DNA of 64,000 nucleotides, from positions 2,405,561-2,469,560 of the forward strand of contig MU006089.1 of the NCBI GenBank assembly GCA_010093705.1, in the 5' to 3' direction. Positions 11,965 to 24,725 of this stretch are shown here, one piece after another; within the stretch, counting starts at the first letter, position 1, and each line of letters begins with the position of its first letter. Under the pieces are notes generated by a model. It did not search any database. It was not told the DNA's origin and saw only the letters and a list, made by a program, of their open reading frames with translations. A program made the translations under genes and the position numbers. Origin of the DNA: Patellaria atrata CBS 101060. Lineage: Eukaryota.

Positions 11965-13003
11965 ATGGAAGAAGTTAAGGAAGCAGTGAAATCCGCGGAG
12001 TTTAAAATCGAACCTAAACTCACGGTTTTATGGCATGATCTTCCCTCCTGGCAACAGGATAATCATTATATTCTCAGTGGCTATCGTCCAGCCTCCAACT
12101 CCTATAAAAAGTCTATACAAAGTCTAGGCTATATACATAATGAAACAGTCAATATCTATTCCCACCTCATCGGCTCTGCGGTAGCATTTGTCAGTGCTCT
12201 GCTTCTGTACCATACCATCAAACCTAGGTACGAAGCTGCGAATAATGATGACGTTCTAGTTTTCGGATGCTTCTTCGCGGGTGCTATGGCTTGTTTGAGC
12301 ATGTCAGCAGCTTTTCATACGATGTCGAGCCACTCCCAGGCAGTTCAAGCCCGTTGGAACAAGTTAGACTATCTAGGGATCGTGGCGTTGATTTGGGGAA
12401 GCCATATTCCCAGTATCTATTACGGCTTTCAGGACAATCCAAAGCTCGTAAAGATATATTGGACAATGGTATAGATCGATCCTAATATGTTGACCTTCAT
12501 CTGTAAATTGAAGCTGAACTTGGGCAGATCACTGCCAATGGCATCGGGTGTGCTATCGTCTCTACAGACTCCCGCTTTCGAACTCCTCGACTTCGGCCTT
12601 TCCGTGCCGGAATGTTCCTGCTCATGGGCCATTCTGGAATCTTGCCTGTACTGCATAGTATATGGTTGCATGGTTTGAATGTAACCAATCAACGAATAGG
12701 CCTCTTTTGGATGGTGCTTCAGGGGTTGATGTATACCCTGGGAGCTGGTCTTTACGCTGTGAGTATTCAAAGCTTCCACCTAAGTAGGAATAAACTAAGA
12801 TAAAGAAAATTCAGACCAGGGTACCGGAACGGTTTAAACCTGGCCATTTCGACATATGGGGACACTCACACCAGATTTTCCATATCCTAGTCGTACTCGC
12901 CGCTGCTACCCATCTGGTAGGGCTTGTAAAGGCATTTGATCATCAACATGGGTTCCGTGGTTCGTCATATTCTCCTTGGGTTGATTATTATAGGATTCGT
13001 TGA
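11965..13003 (+). CDS. PAQR/IZH (haemolysin-III family) membrane protein; introns 12469-12527, 12759-12814
   Basis: Family motifs [44 protein letters not shown] and, in the last exon, [22 protein letters not shown]. Confidence 0.92.
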
Positions 13004-13746
13004 TATACTTTCATCTTAACGTTCGGTGATTGGACTATGCATAGAAGCTAAAGTACGGTACCTGCGTCGGAGAATTTCAGAGGAAAGGTTAATACAGCCA
13101 AGACGATAGCCCGATTGTTGACTCATGGAGCTACAATAAATAGCTAGAAGGTGTTGCTTAAGGAGATTGATCTACTACACTGCCGGTTTTCTTCTCGCCT
13201 ACAGGTTGGGGAAATGAAATCCACTAGATATTTATAGTGAGAATGTGTTTCGGAAACTGGCTATCTCCGACTTGAATGATCTTAATATCAGAAGTTAGGG
13301 AGGATGATCTACAGCTTTTGACATCTTAAAAAATTTCTTATATGGGGAGTATTGCACTAGAAGTAAAGGCACATTCAGAAGTATAAAACATGTTCAGCGC
13401 TACCAGATGACAACGGAATGTTAATATTTCTGTGATTGACTGTGTAGATCTGAGATAAGGACATATGATTATAATTACCGATATATTACTGTACATCTGG
13501 TATCCTTAATTGAATACCGACTGACGGGGTATCTTGGAACGCGACAGAAATCAATGCACATGCTCACTTCTTTGACTTTCCTCCCTCCAAGTTTATGTCT
13601 AGCCGCCATAGTGACTCCCAGGGTGATCTCGGCCTCGACGGTCGCTTGGTCGGTGACACGTTGGCAGACTCGGAGACTTGCTTTGACGGCGAGCCCGAAG
13701 CACGTTCCAGCGACGCGTCGATTTGCCCCCTCTCCTGCGCTATAAG

Positions 13747-16700
13747 TCAGCCTCCGGACCAATACAGACCCCACGGTTCCTTCCAAACCTCTTTCGCGGT
13801 GCGGCCCGCTTTTGAGCCCTGGGTTTGGTTAGATGTTGTCGGCGTGGATGTAGTAGGTTGAGCGGGTTGAGCGGGTTGAGCGGGTTGAGAGTCTTGAGCG
13901 GGTTGAGAGGCTTGAGGGGTTTGAGGGATTTGAGGGGTCTGAGAGGGTGCCTGGGAGGGTTGCGACTCTGTCCTTAACTGGGTTGGCGGGAGCTTTTGTG
14001 CGTCCGCAGATGGGGGCCGTAGTGCCTCGGAGGAGCCTCTAGGTTGATTGAGCAGTGAGGTTGGCGCGCTCTTCTTCGATGTCGAGCTGCTGCGGCGGCT
14101 ATCGAGACTCTTGTTTAGCGTCTTGCTAGCATCTTGCGCACCGGAGGTTCTGTTTATCCTAATGCTACCTCTAGCGTCGACGTGAGCGCTGGCAACGGTA
14201 GACTTGCCCATTCCTGGCGTGCTGGGTGCACCGGACTTCTCCTCAGCGGCGTCGATAAGATACCATCTAAGGCCGTCAGAAAGCTCAAATGGATTGTCGT
14301 CCTCATATGAGATACCCCCGTCGCTCGTGTCAGCTAGGGATTGGTTGTCGCCGTGGGCATTTTCCATTGCTTTGGAAAGATTAACGACGCGTTCCTCGAT
14401 TTTGGAGATTCGAGCTACAAGCCACTCCTTGTTATGTAGTTTGTGGGTATCCTGTTCGCGTAGGAAGTAATGCGGTGCTCCAACATTAAATGCAGCCCAA
14501 GGCCTCGTGGCTTGATTGCGCGTGGGTAAGAAAAGAGCTAGATCACCTTCTTTGAAGGACCTGAAAGCAATCTTGTCGTGTGCTTCACTCTGGGAACGGT
14601 GGGATTTTTCTCTGTACGCACGTGCTTCTTTCTGCCATTTCCGGGCCGTGTGTTCGATATCCCTCATACGCTTGGAGATAGCGTCACAGAACGTTTCGAG
14701 ATCGAAGCTATCGATGTACTTGATATAATCTTCAAATTTCTCTGCTTCTTCTTTGCTGCTATCCTTCTCCATCCAAAGAAGAGCATTGATGTCAGAATTG
14801 AGGCCAGGTGCCTTCCTTGTTGATGAAGAATAATTCTCGACACGCACACGCACACTACTAGCATTAGCATCCATGAGTACCGTACTTGCCCCTGATTTGG
14901 AGGCTCTCTGGATTAGCATAGCTTCATCTGAATATGTCACGGCAAAGCCTAGACTTTCTAATAGACGGTATAATCGTTCTCTTTGTGCAAATAGTCTCTG
15001 TGTGATATCTTTCGCGTGTGTAGCTCGTTGTCCTAGACGACTTTCGTGAGACTCTATAGTAATCTCAAGTTTATGATGTTCTGCTTGCAAAGACAATAGC
15101 TCCGCGTTCAGAGAGTCTGCATGGGATCGTACAGCCGCTAACTCAGAAGACAGATCACCAACTCTTTTCTCTTCATCGGTGATTCTCTGTCTCAAAGCTT
15201 CAGAGCCGGTTTCGCCCTCTGCAAACTTCGTTCTCAAGGAAAGAAGATGACCTCTTTCCTCTTCGAGCTCCGAAGTGATAGCATTGACTCTAGCGGCCTC
15301 GGATGCTAATCGATCCCGCAATTCGATGCATTCCGAGGACTTTCGGTGTAACTGTGTATAAAGGGATTTTGTTTCGGCTTCGTACTTTTCAGAAGATGTA
15401 CGTAACGCCTCATTCTCCGATTTTGCCATGTTGATAGCTTGTGAGAGCTCTTGAGCATGATCAACAGACTGTTGAACCAACCGTTCTAGATCATTCGCGA
15501 GTTCAGCCAAGGACGATGGAGGTGAGTGTTCAGGCGCAAGCTGTGAATACGCTGAGATAAGAGGTTCTTGATCTTCAGCCAGCGAACGTGAGCGGGCTTC
15601 GAGCTCTTCTTCCATCTGAGCTACTCGATCGTTTGCAGTTTGAACTTCATCTGCTGCACTCGTCTTGAGATTCGCGAGTTCCGCAATTAGTCCTTCGATT
15701 CTAGCATCAGTAGATGTCCGTTCACTATCACGGCTTGCCAAAACGCGATCAAGTTCATCTTCCGTCTCCTCAAACTTAAATTTAAGTTTACTCAACTCAT
15801 CCTCGAGAATCTTGCGTTCCTCAGTAAACTCTTGTTGTAAAGACTCCAGATTTGCCATCAAGTCCCTTTTGGTAAAATTCGCCTCTTCCACCTGCTGTTG
15901 CATTTCATCTCTTTCATTGATCCTAAGTCGTATTTGCTCTTCTAGAGACTCTCGTTGCTCCCTCTCTACACCTAGATCTGCTTCCAATTTCATGATTCTG
16001 CGCGTTATTGCCTTCTCATCTCCGTTTTGATTTAATGAGAACCGCCTGGAGGAGACCGAAGAGCGACGCGATAGCTCATCATGTAACCGAGGAGAAAAAT
16101 TCATATGCTGCGGAGGAGTAGAAGGTTCACCCGGCTGACTCATCTGAGATTGAAATCCACTGTTCCCGGGCAATCGGCCGAGCTGTGTCTGGCGATGTAG
16201 TAAGTCTTCTAATTTACGTACACGACTCTTCTGGCCTCTAAGCTCTTCCTGAAGCTTTGCATTCGCATCCTTTAAGACTTGAGCTTCATCTTCTCCACGT
16301 AGCATCAAAGAACCCTTCCCGAAAGCTGCCTCATGCACACTACCCATCTTGAATGTTTTGGCACGCTTGACTTGTTGCTTTGTTGGTTTATTAAGGGTTT
16401 TCACGGTTTGAATGAGCACCTCTAATTCCTCTTGAAAACCCCCAACTTCCCGGAGAACACGTAGAAAATCCTCTAATTCTGTCCGCGTGACTGCTGGTAG
16501 GTTGTCGTCGTCACCCTTTAGGTTGATCTCAACCCCTATGATAGGACCTTGAAGGCTGTCAATGTCGATAAGGTCACTCATACTCTTGAGCCATTTCTTT
16601 CGACGCTGCTCCTCCTCTTCTCTATAAGTAGCAATCTCCTCGGCTAAGGCAGCAGAGTCCTTCTTGATTTTGTCTACCCATTCCCGTCTTCTAAATGCTT

Positions 16701-17996
16701 CGATCAAGAGCGAGCCGTAAGTGAACGGCAATCTAGACACAGATGCAACGATTTCGAAGTTTTCCAGTTCATTGGGCGGAATGTCAAACGAGGATACCTC
16801 GTTATTTGCACTGGAGAGTTTAGATTCTATTGCAGCTATGGCTTGCATATGCTGAAGAGATATGCGTGCCGCACTATTCTTTTGCTCAACCAGTCGTCTT
16901 AGAAGATCACTCATCTCGACACTAAGTTCCGCTATTGTCGGCAAGTAGTTTCGTGTATGTAAGAGTGCCATTTTTGACACGGAGGCAATAGGCTTTGACG
17001 CTGCAGTTAAACTAAGGACGTGGTCATAATCAGAAGCGACCTTCTTAACGACGATTTCGATTTCTTCATATAGACGAAAGGGTTCGTCGCCATCTTCGCC
17101 CAGAGAACGGCTCTGGCTTTGACCCATGGTAGAACTGAGGTCATGGTACTCCGACACTATTTTATTTATAACATTACCGAAGTCAGATAATCGCTTACCG
17201 ATAGCATCGGTGGCCGACTTGCTCCCGTCCGCTGCATGTCTTACGGCGTCGATGTCGACAAAGTCGTAAAGTAACGCATTATCCGTGCTCCTTCTCTTGC
17301 TCTCCTTTCGGGCAAGAGACCGGCTGGTAGATATCAAAGGGAGAAACGATGGCTTTGCGGGGATCGACTTTAACCGCTCGAGGTCCTGCTCCCACCGGAC
17401 AAGATTGGCTTCTTGCTCCTGGGTGAGATCTGAGTACCACTTGCTATTCTCCGCATGTTTCTGCTCTAAAGACCGCACATGCGATTCATGATTACCACTG
17501 GCCACGCGAGGGCCCCGTTCAATAATTGACTGTTCTTGAAAGATTTTCTGCGCTTCTTGTGCCATCAGCCTGCAGCGCTCTAAGATATTTACGCTCCAAT
17601 CGCGCCGAGATTTGAAGAGACTTTGCCATGCTTTGAGATCATTCTGATCTGTTAATGTATCCGGTGCTTTTTCGGGTAAGTATTTCTTAGGTAGAGGGCT
17701 CTCTGGAACTGCATTGCTAGATTTGCTCAAGGTAAAAGAGTTTCGGTCGTAGAGAAAAAGTTCTTTCTGAGCAGGCGTTAGTGGTAAGCTACACATGAAA
17801 CAAATAGAAACCATACCTCTGTCAGAAGCGCCTGAAGTTTGACATGTTTGCCCCGTGTTGTAAGTAGTATCTGATCCTGAGATCGTATAGACGTCGTCTT
17901 CGACAACCAGTTACGCAATGCATCGAGCGAGCTGAAGGATACCGGGTCGACATCGTAACGTTCACCCGTGTGGGCTACATAGAGCTGCAACGACAT
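13747..17996 (-). CDS. ATG11: Autophagy scaffold Atg11; intron 17767-17816; possible alternative last exon ending at 13564
   Basis: N-terminal MSLQLYVAHTGER, long coiled coils, and the C-terminal Atg11 claw region KIAFRSFKEGDLALFLPTRN...WAAFNVGAPHYFL...NPFELSDGLRWY. Confidence 0.95.
13856..13940 (-). repeat. Coding 9-bp tandem repeat (QPA/QTP units) in the Atg11 tail
   Basis: GGTTGAGCG-type units on the + strand translate to PQIPQTPQASQPAQDSQPAQPAQPAQP on the minus strand. Confidence 0.75.
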
Positions 17997-18335
17997 CCGC
18001 AAATCTGTTGTTCTGAGTCCCCAACCTCCGTTGCTGGATTCATGAACGCTCGAGAGAGCGGGTTGCGTAGAAGGAGAGTTTCTGTCAGCGAAATCCATGG
18101 TCAAGGTAGATCTCGAAGCCAAGCAATAGCTTCACCTCCGAGTGGTTGGTCCGAATGGAAAGTCAAGGTGCTCAAAGACCACCTTAGCGGCGCATCCTTG
18201 CACATTCAAGTGTAAACATCCGACGCGTTAAACAATAATCATTGAGGTGCAAGTGGAGAAGACATGTACAGTGCATCTATCTTCCAAATTTCATAGGAGT
18301 GCTCTTCTTCGAGCACGTGTGTCAGCGACTTAGTG

Positions 18336-19145
18336 ATGTCTCAATCATTAGCAGACAGCGTCACATCCATCTTAGAATCGATCGAAGAAGACTCGACTTC
18401 GTTTTCAGATATAGAAAGCGCAGTCCTCGCTCTGTTCGATCAGGAAGAAGAGATCATACTTGAACAGAAACTTTTGAGCGCACAAGGGTCTTGTAAGTCA
18501 TGAGATGGTGTCATGAGTAAGATCTAACGGTGTCCCAGTGACAACCGACGATGTCTTAAATATCTCAGAGAATGACCTCCACGCTCAGCTTCAAATCGCA
18601 GAGCGCGAACTTTTAGAAGCAAGAGCTGAGTACTTAATCCGCAACAAAGTTATACAGAATGTTGTTATCTCTGATCCAATATTAAAGGCAGTTCATTCAA
18701 ATGCAACGCCCGCTGAGAGGTGCGTCATAGCGAATAGACACAGAAAGTCGACTAACAAATAGTTAGAAGATTGAACTGCTTGATAAATGAGCGTGATCTA
18801 TTGTCCATGATCAATTCGACGCTGACATCCAAACTATCTACATTGTCCTCCGATCTTACTGAGACCGACGAAGCCAATGTGTCATTGAATCAGAGGAACA
18901 GAGACTTAGCAAGCATTCTGATCCCTCTTGCTCAGGAGTTAAAATCGCAGAAAACGGATGAAGTCTCTGATCCGAAACTACGTTTGCAAATTCAGCAACT
19001 TGATGCACAGAATCGGATATCCATAAGATGTAAGCGAACAATGAAGAGTATCACGTCTGGTATCATCGTCGGGAGCGGTATTGCGTGGGCAAATGATGAC
19101 AATCTGAGAGATTTAGTAATGGATGATGAGGATGATGGGGAATGA
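18336..19145 (+). CDS. Centromere protein H-like kinetochore protein (Fta3/Mcm16 family); introns 18493-18538, 18720-18766
   Basis: The three-exon model joins in frame. It is coiled-coil, with VVISDPILKAVH and the CENP-H-type C-terminus MKSITSGIIVGSGIAWANDDNLRDLVMD. An MCB (ACGCGT) sits upstream at 18223-18228. Confidence 0.78.
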
Positions 19146-21283
19146 GAGGAATAAGAAATACCTTCCATAACGACTTGTTCGACAATTCTGAAGCAATTAT
19201 GCGTGCAGTACAAGTCCAGTCAGTATACACTGACTGACAGCTGTCTGCCACGACAAAAGGAAAAAAGTCTCCCCAACTCCAATTTCAGCTGAGAGTACTG
19301 AGAAGTTGAGATCGGTGATTCTCCAGTCTAAGTAGTACGATCATTCTTCCCTTACCGCGTTCAGACTCCGCTGTTGTCGTACGCTTGCAATACTCCCCTT
19401 TAGACACTCACTTCTGGGTCTCGATAGATATTCTGGCAAATGTACAGCTTACGCATTATACAGCTGATAGTACCTTGGAACACGTTAATTCAGTACGAGG
19501 AGTACGTATGACTAAGTCGGAAGTAAGCGTACATTAACCTATCTTGATCTCACGTTTTCTTTTCTTAGTTTAACTATCTATTTACAACAATACGTTGACA
19601 ACTTTTCGTATTGCTATCTAGTTGAATAAGAATACATATTGTGCAACGGCAACGACTCGTGAACATGCAGCCAATCAAGGCAAAGAATGCTGATATCGAG
19701 AATCGTTACTGGTTGCAAACATTTCCCGATAGGTGGTAAGGTACTCCGTAGATAAACTCCTGATGTCTAGTTCAAGTAGGTAGCGAGCTGTCCTTTGCAC
19801 AACAATTGCGCCAGGTATCCAGGATGGTGGAAAGGTTGCGTTTCGGAGCTGTTGTGGAAGGATGCATCGGGTTAACGCCATCAAGCCTAAGAATATTCTC
19901 ATCACGTGATATGTGATATGACGAAGATGGTTTGGAGTTGATCTTCTGTGATCCAGACTCATTCAGTACCTTAAATTATTAGTTGGGAGTTAGAATGCTT
20001 GGAATACATCATTATCAAAACAAAGACGTAGTATGGAAGACGAGAAGAAATTATGATAAGGGTACTTGATCAAATTGATTGCAGCGGGTATATGCAAACG
20101 TGACTGAGCTACATGCCGTTTCGGCGTAGGCATTCATCCTGGGAGCAGTTCTCTTTTGTTGCAGATGTGGACTGGTACAGTAAGGTAGGTACCGCGTCTG
20201 TCACGGGGAAATTGACATGAGTGTGTAGCGGTTCGGGGAATGTCATGAAATGTATGAAAGCTGTAATAAAGATGTTGCATGATATAACGACCTGTTAGCT
20301 ATACTTTTAGTGGTTGGATATTGAGATGACAAAGCTTTCATGCCCGGTGTTTTATGAAAGCGTACAGTTATGAGAGAGAAGAGGGCCTAGCTACCCTTAC
20401 GTAGTTGCTCCTAAAGGGAAAAAGGGAAAAGGGATGGTAGATGGGGGTTAATGAAAGAGAGGAATGCCCTCGTCTGCCCTGAATGCGCTGAATGGCCTTG
20501 GGTTCTTGTTTTGCCTGGCGGGGCAGGTGGGCGCTCGGACCGCATAGATAGTGAGGGAAGGTCTTCTCCCCCCATACAAACTTGCAGTGCCAGCACCACA
20601 GAGTCCTCTCTCACTTTTCCTCACCAAAAAACCTCTCCTAACAAAACGCCTGGTACTCTTCTCACTGTGAGTATTCTCCCCATATCGCTTGTATGCTCGT
20701 ACACTACTATATCATCCACTCCACCATACCAGCTCCGCGCTCAACCCTTTTTTTTCACGCGTTTTTATTGCATTTTCGCGCGATATTCTGTTACATTTGC
20801 TTCATCATCACCCTCTTTTCCCGCTTCATTCTCTCAATCAGCTTCATCTCGCCGTCGCTGAGGAACAATATGCTGTTCGGTACTGACAACCACCAAGATC
20901 AAATCGCTAGCCTCGACTTGACTCACCTATACCAGTTCTCAATCAGTAAGTTTCAATTTATCGTCTTCTGCTCACCTCAGCTTCCGTTGTTCCGTGATTG
21001 TTATTGTTTGGGGACCAATGTGCCCGATCGGGTAATTTGGATACTTAGTCCACCATCACATCACCATCATAGTCTCTACATCACTCATTCTTCCAACGCT
21101 GCACTTTGCGTCGCATGACCTTCTTGTAACCTGCGCCTAGTAAAGTGGTTTGCATATCTCGCTTAGAAAATCTCTCTACTTTACTTTTCCCATTGCTCCC
21201 TTGACCATCTATATTACTGGTAATTGAATTGCATAGCTGACAGGAGTCCACTTTGCTGAAGATAGTTGATCTCTCATTCAATC

Positions 21284-21765
21284 ATGCCAAAGGAAAAGGC
21301 AACTACCAGAAAGTCCAAGAAGGCCGACGCCGGTGGTAAGAAGAAGAAGGGTAAGTTGGGTTCGCAGGCCAAATTGCTCGTTCTCCAGTTAACATAGCGT
21401 CTCAGACCCCAACGCACCCAAGCGTGGTCTTTCCGCTTACATGTTCTTCGCGAACGAGCAACGAGAGAAGGTCCGTGAGGACAACCCAGGTATCAAGTTC
21501 GGTATGTTAAATGCACCTGTGAATCATTGGTTTGTTTCTTACATCCTCTCAGGTGAGGTCGGCAAAATTCTGGGAGAGAAATGGAAGGCTCTTTCAGAAA
21601 AGCAGCGCCAGCCATATGAATCCAAAGCTGCCGCGGATAAGAAGCGATACGAAGAGGAGAAGGTCGCATATGCTAATGTGAGTTTCGATAACTACTTATA
21701 AGCTGTACTGGCGAATCTGATCGACTCTTTAGGCCGGTGATGAAGACGAGGAGGACGAAGATTGA
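21284..21765 (+). CDS. NHP6: Non-histone chromosomal HMG-box protein Nhp6; introns 21351-21405, 21502-21552, 21678-21732
   Basis: Spliced product [10 protein letters not shown]...[50 protein letters not shown]...[13 protein letters not shown]. Confidence 0.95.
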
Positions 21766-22338
21766 TTGATGTCTTGATCTACGTCAATACGAGCCTTCAG
21801 AATCGATAAATATCATCTGGAGCTTTCTTCTGTTTAAGTATCATGTCTTGCTATTAAGGGGAAATTTCTTAGCGGTCGGTGGCAGCAGGGGTTCCTCGGT
21901 CGGTGCACTTCATGGGACGATTTATCCTGCTTACCATCAATAAAACTGTTGACTTATCTGAGCTCTTCTAGCATAAGAGCTCGACAACAGATGACTTTAT
22001 TATAAGTAGTCAAGGAACTCATTTGGTTCTCGATTTTCAATTTGAGCCTACCTATGTGTGAAATTAGATCTGCTTTGACCCGTATTCTCGTTTCGAATCT
22101 CATCTTGAGTACATCGGATCCAACCAGTAGAAAGAATATTCAGAGATGATTTCCCCAAAATATACTCCTTCTGACGCTACAATCTAAAGTCATTGTCAGC
22201 GTACCTCGAGCACGATTGTACCTTCCCATTCCCGCAATATCAGCCACACGGCTTCCTGCATGAATCACCGCCTGACCGTATACTCAGAGCGAAGAGACAA
22301 AAGCTCAAAAGGATACTCCGCAGAAAAAGACAGTAATG

Positions 22339-22430
22339 GCGGGAGTGGCCTAGTGGTTAAGGCGCTGCTTTCCCAGTACTAATCGTCTGGTTCAAAGCAG
22401 AAATCGCGAGTTCGATCCTTGCCTCCCGCA
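22339..22430 (+). tRNA. tRNA-Gly(CCC) with a 19-nt canonical intron (22376-22394)
   Basis: Acceptor stem GCGGGAG/CTCCCGC with A73, D arm GCCT-AGTGGTTA-AGGC, anticodon stem CTGCT/AGCAG with loop TT-CCC-A|A, and T arm GCGAG-TTCGATC-CTTGC. A T5 Pol III terminator follows at about 22445. Confidence 0.92.
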
Positions 22431-22689
22431 GTTGAAGCCAAATCTTTTTGTTCGCCACGGTGGACAATTCAGTTTTTGGGTTTGGGTATTCTATGCTCCA
22501 TGGTCAGATGTCGGAGGTGTTGAGTCACTCATTTGGGTAATGGGAGGTTGGAATGGAAATCACGGCACCGATCAGTGACTCACACAACCAATGAGTACGG
22601 AGTGGGTGTAATTGATCATTATATTTTGTGTATTCAGGCCGCATAATAGTTTCAGAAGCTCAATATGGCATTAATTGAACCTTGTAAAC

Positions 22690-23290
22690 TCATTCCCGTT
22701 GAAGAACCACTGTTAAACCCATAAGTCCTAACATGGCCGTCTTCAGCCACGGGTATTCGCTCAGTAATATCGTGACATAGCCAACCGAGGGCACAAACGC
22801 CACCACACTTCCAATGACGTCCTCCACGCGGTTGAGGTAGTTCTGACCGTGCGCGTATAGCTCTGTGTCATCTGCGGCATTGTTGTCGCCCTTCGTTAGA
22901 ATTTGTAGTGGTGTTGATCTATAACGACGTTAGCTTTCACATCGATCAGAGACGTCCATCTCAGCTCAAGCTTTGGGGATTAAAGAATACTCACCCTCCC
23001 CCAAACCGCCTGACCACTCGATGTACAATAGGAATATCCTTTCCTTTCACATTGTATACCACGATCTCTCCGATTTGCGTGTCCATCCCTCTGTTCCACA
23101 GGAACAGTAGATCACCTCTCTGAAACGCGGGTTCCATGCTCCCGGACAGCACAACCACGATTGGTGACGGAGAATTGGTGACGACGGAGAGACCTTTCCA
23201 TAGCATAAACGCGGTAGAGAGGACGAGGGCGAAATTGAGGACTTGAGTAGCGAGTTGTCGCGGCTGGAAGCCGCCGAGTGCGGATAGCAT
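22690..23290 (-). CDS. SEC11: Signal peptidase complex catalytic subunit Sec11; intron 22919-22994
   Basis: [30 protein letters not shown], and in exon 2 [12 protein letters not shown]...[14 protein letters not shown]...VVLQRE*. Confidence 0.96.
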
Positions 23291-24725
23291 ATTTGGGTAT
23301 CGATATAGATGCTCAAAAAGAGCGAATTGGGGAACAAAATGCCTCTCGAATGTTCTGAGTATTAACGTAATCAACCTTTTGCAAAAATATCCCTTTAAAA
23401 AGCACGAAGAACGGAAGTGTGGTGTACCTTGCAGCTGTCGAATGCAAGCGTGAGCTTTGGAGACAGATGTTGCGTTTTGGAAAACTTTCGGCTCTAATTC
23501 CGCGGTCACGTGCTCCAGCAATCCTTGCCATTTTATTTCTACCCTTTTCCTCTTCCCCTTACGAGAGACACGCAGCTGCACTGTACTCCGTACTGTATAA
23601 AAATGCAAGTGGAAATTGCACTCCCAAAATAGCGATATTCTTCGGTCGCCACGATGGTGTAGGACTATCCCTCAGAATGGAAATAGGAAAGACATAGCCA
23701 TCCCTTCTCATTATCGTTATACTTTCATCAAGACAGCTGATCTTACTCCTCCTATCTGCTTTTGAGTGGCCTCAATGACAAAGCTTAGATGCGAGAAAGA
23801 TTAAAGATTTGAAAAAGAAAGGAAGCATCAGAAAGAAGTTCTCATAATCCTGAGCAACCTCTCAATCGTGCTGCAGCGTTATATATGAATGAAGCTCAGT
23901 ATATCAAATTCACCGCAGATTCGAAAATGAGGCGCAGAATAGACCTTGTTAGTCTTCCAGAAATGTATTCTTTATGAAACCGGTTCGACGCTTGACGAGA
24001 TCTCTCTGAATCAAAGCTCTCGATGGGTTTAACATTGACCGTTTCTGATAAGTCCCTTTTTCTATAATTGAAGGAATACGGTAGCCTCAAGTTTTTATCT
24101 TAGTCAGAGATATCACTCATTTTCGCGTCCTTCTTGCTCATGATCCTTTCCCTCTCCGGCATCAGGATGTATTCTCCAGGGGTCAGAATACATCGAAGTC
24201 AGAATTACGAAATATTCCCGAGTGCAAACGGACTCTCTGATAGTCTGATTGATAATACTATCAGTCATTCCTCTTTCACCACGGCTTCAAGATAACATGC
24301 CATCTGATCGTCTGATCTACAAACGAAGAGCAGCATCAAGCCTATCTTTAAACCATCTGGAAATGCTCTCAGAAATATCTGTTTCGTGTCTGTTCTCACT
24401 TAATTTCGTTTCTATGCTTGCGTCTTTCCTGTTTTCCTCATTTGTTCGAGAAGCACTCGAAGAGCGAAACCGGTTTCAGGGTGAATATCATTTGTAGGTT
24501 TATTTAAAAGTCATTCCAAGCTTCCTAAGCGTTCCCTTGCTATGGTCAGACCATCATCTACAATTTTAACGCATCTGCTGAATTAGGAGCGTTACTGCGC
24601 TTCTACAATGGGACCACAAGTCACAGCTGACTTAGTGCGTACCGAGCAGAGAGAGGTGAGGAGTTTGAAGAATGGTCGGGCTTTAAAAAAAAGACGAAGA
24701 CTTCGTATTTCCATCCTCCAAGAAA

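Noticed and set aside
19675..19962. 95-aa ATG ORF between the CENP-H-like gene and NHP6
   Set aside because: No motif, no compositional support and no splice partners. It cannot be told apart from a random ORF.
22386..22400. TTCAAA in the tRNA could be read as a UCA (Sec/opal suppressor) anticodon
   Set aside because: It is the intron/3'-exon junction. The canonical fold puts CCC at 34-36 with Gly identity elements and a short variable arm.
23291..23608. 106-aa N-terminal extension of the SEC11 ORF (similarly the ORF-track extensions of RRP3 and the IZH gene)
   Set aside because: Family similarity starts at the downstream ATG. The extensions cross promoter-like DNA and look like chance open frames.
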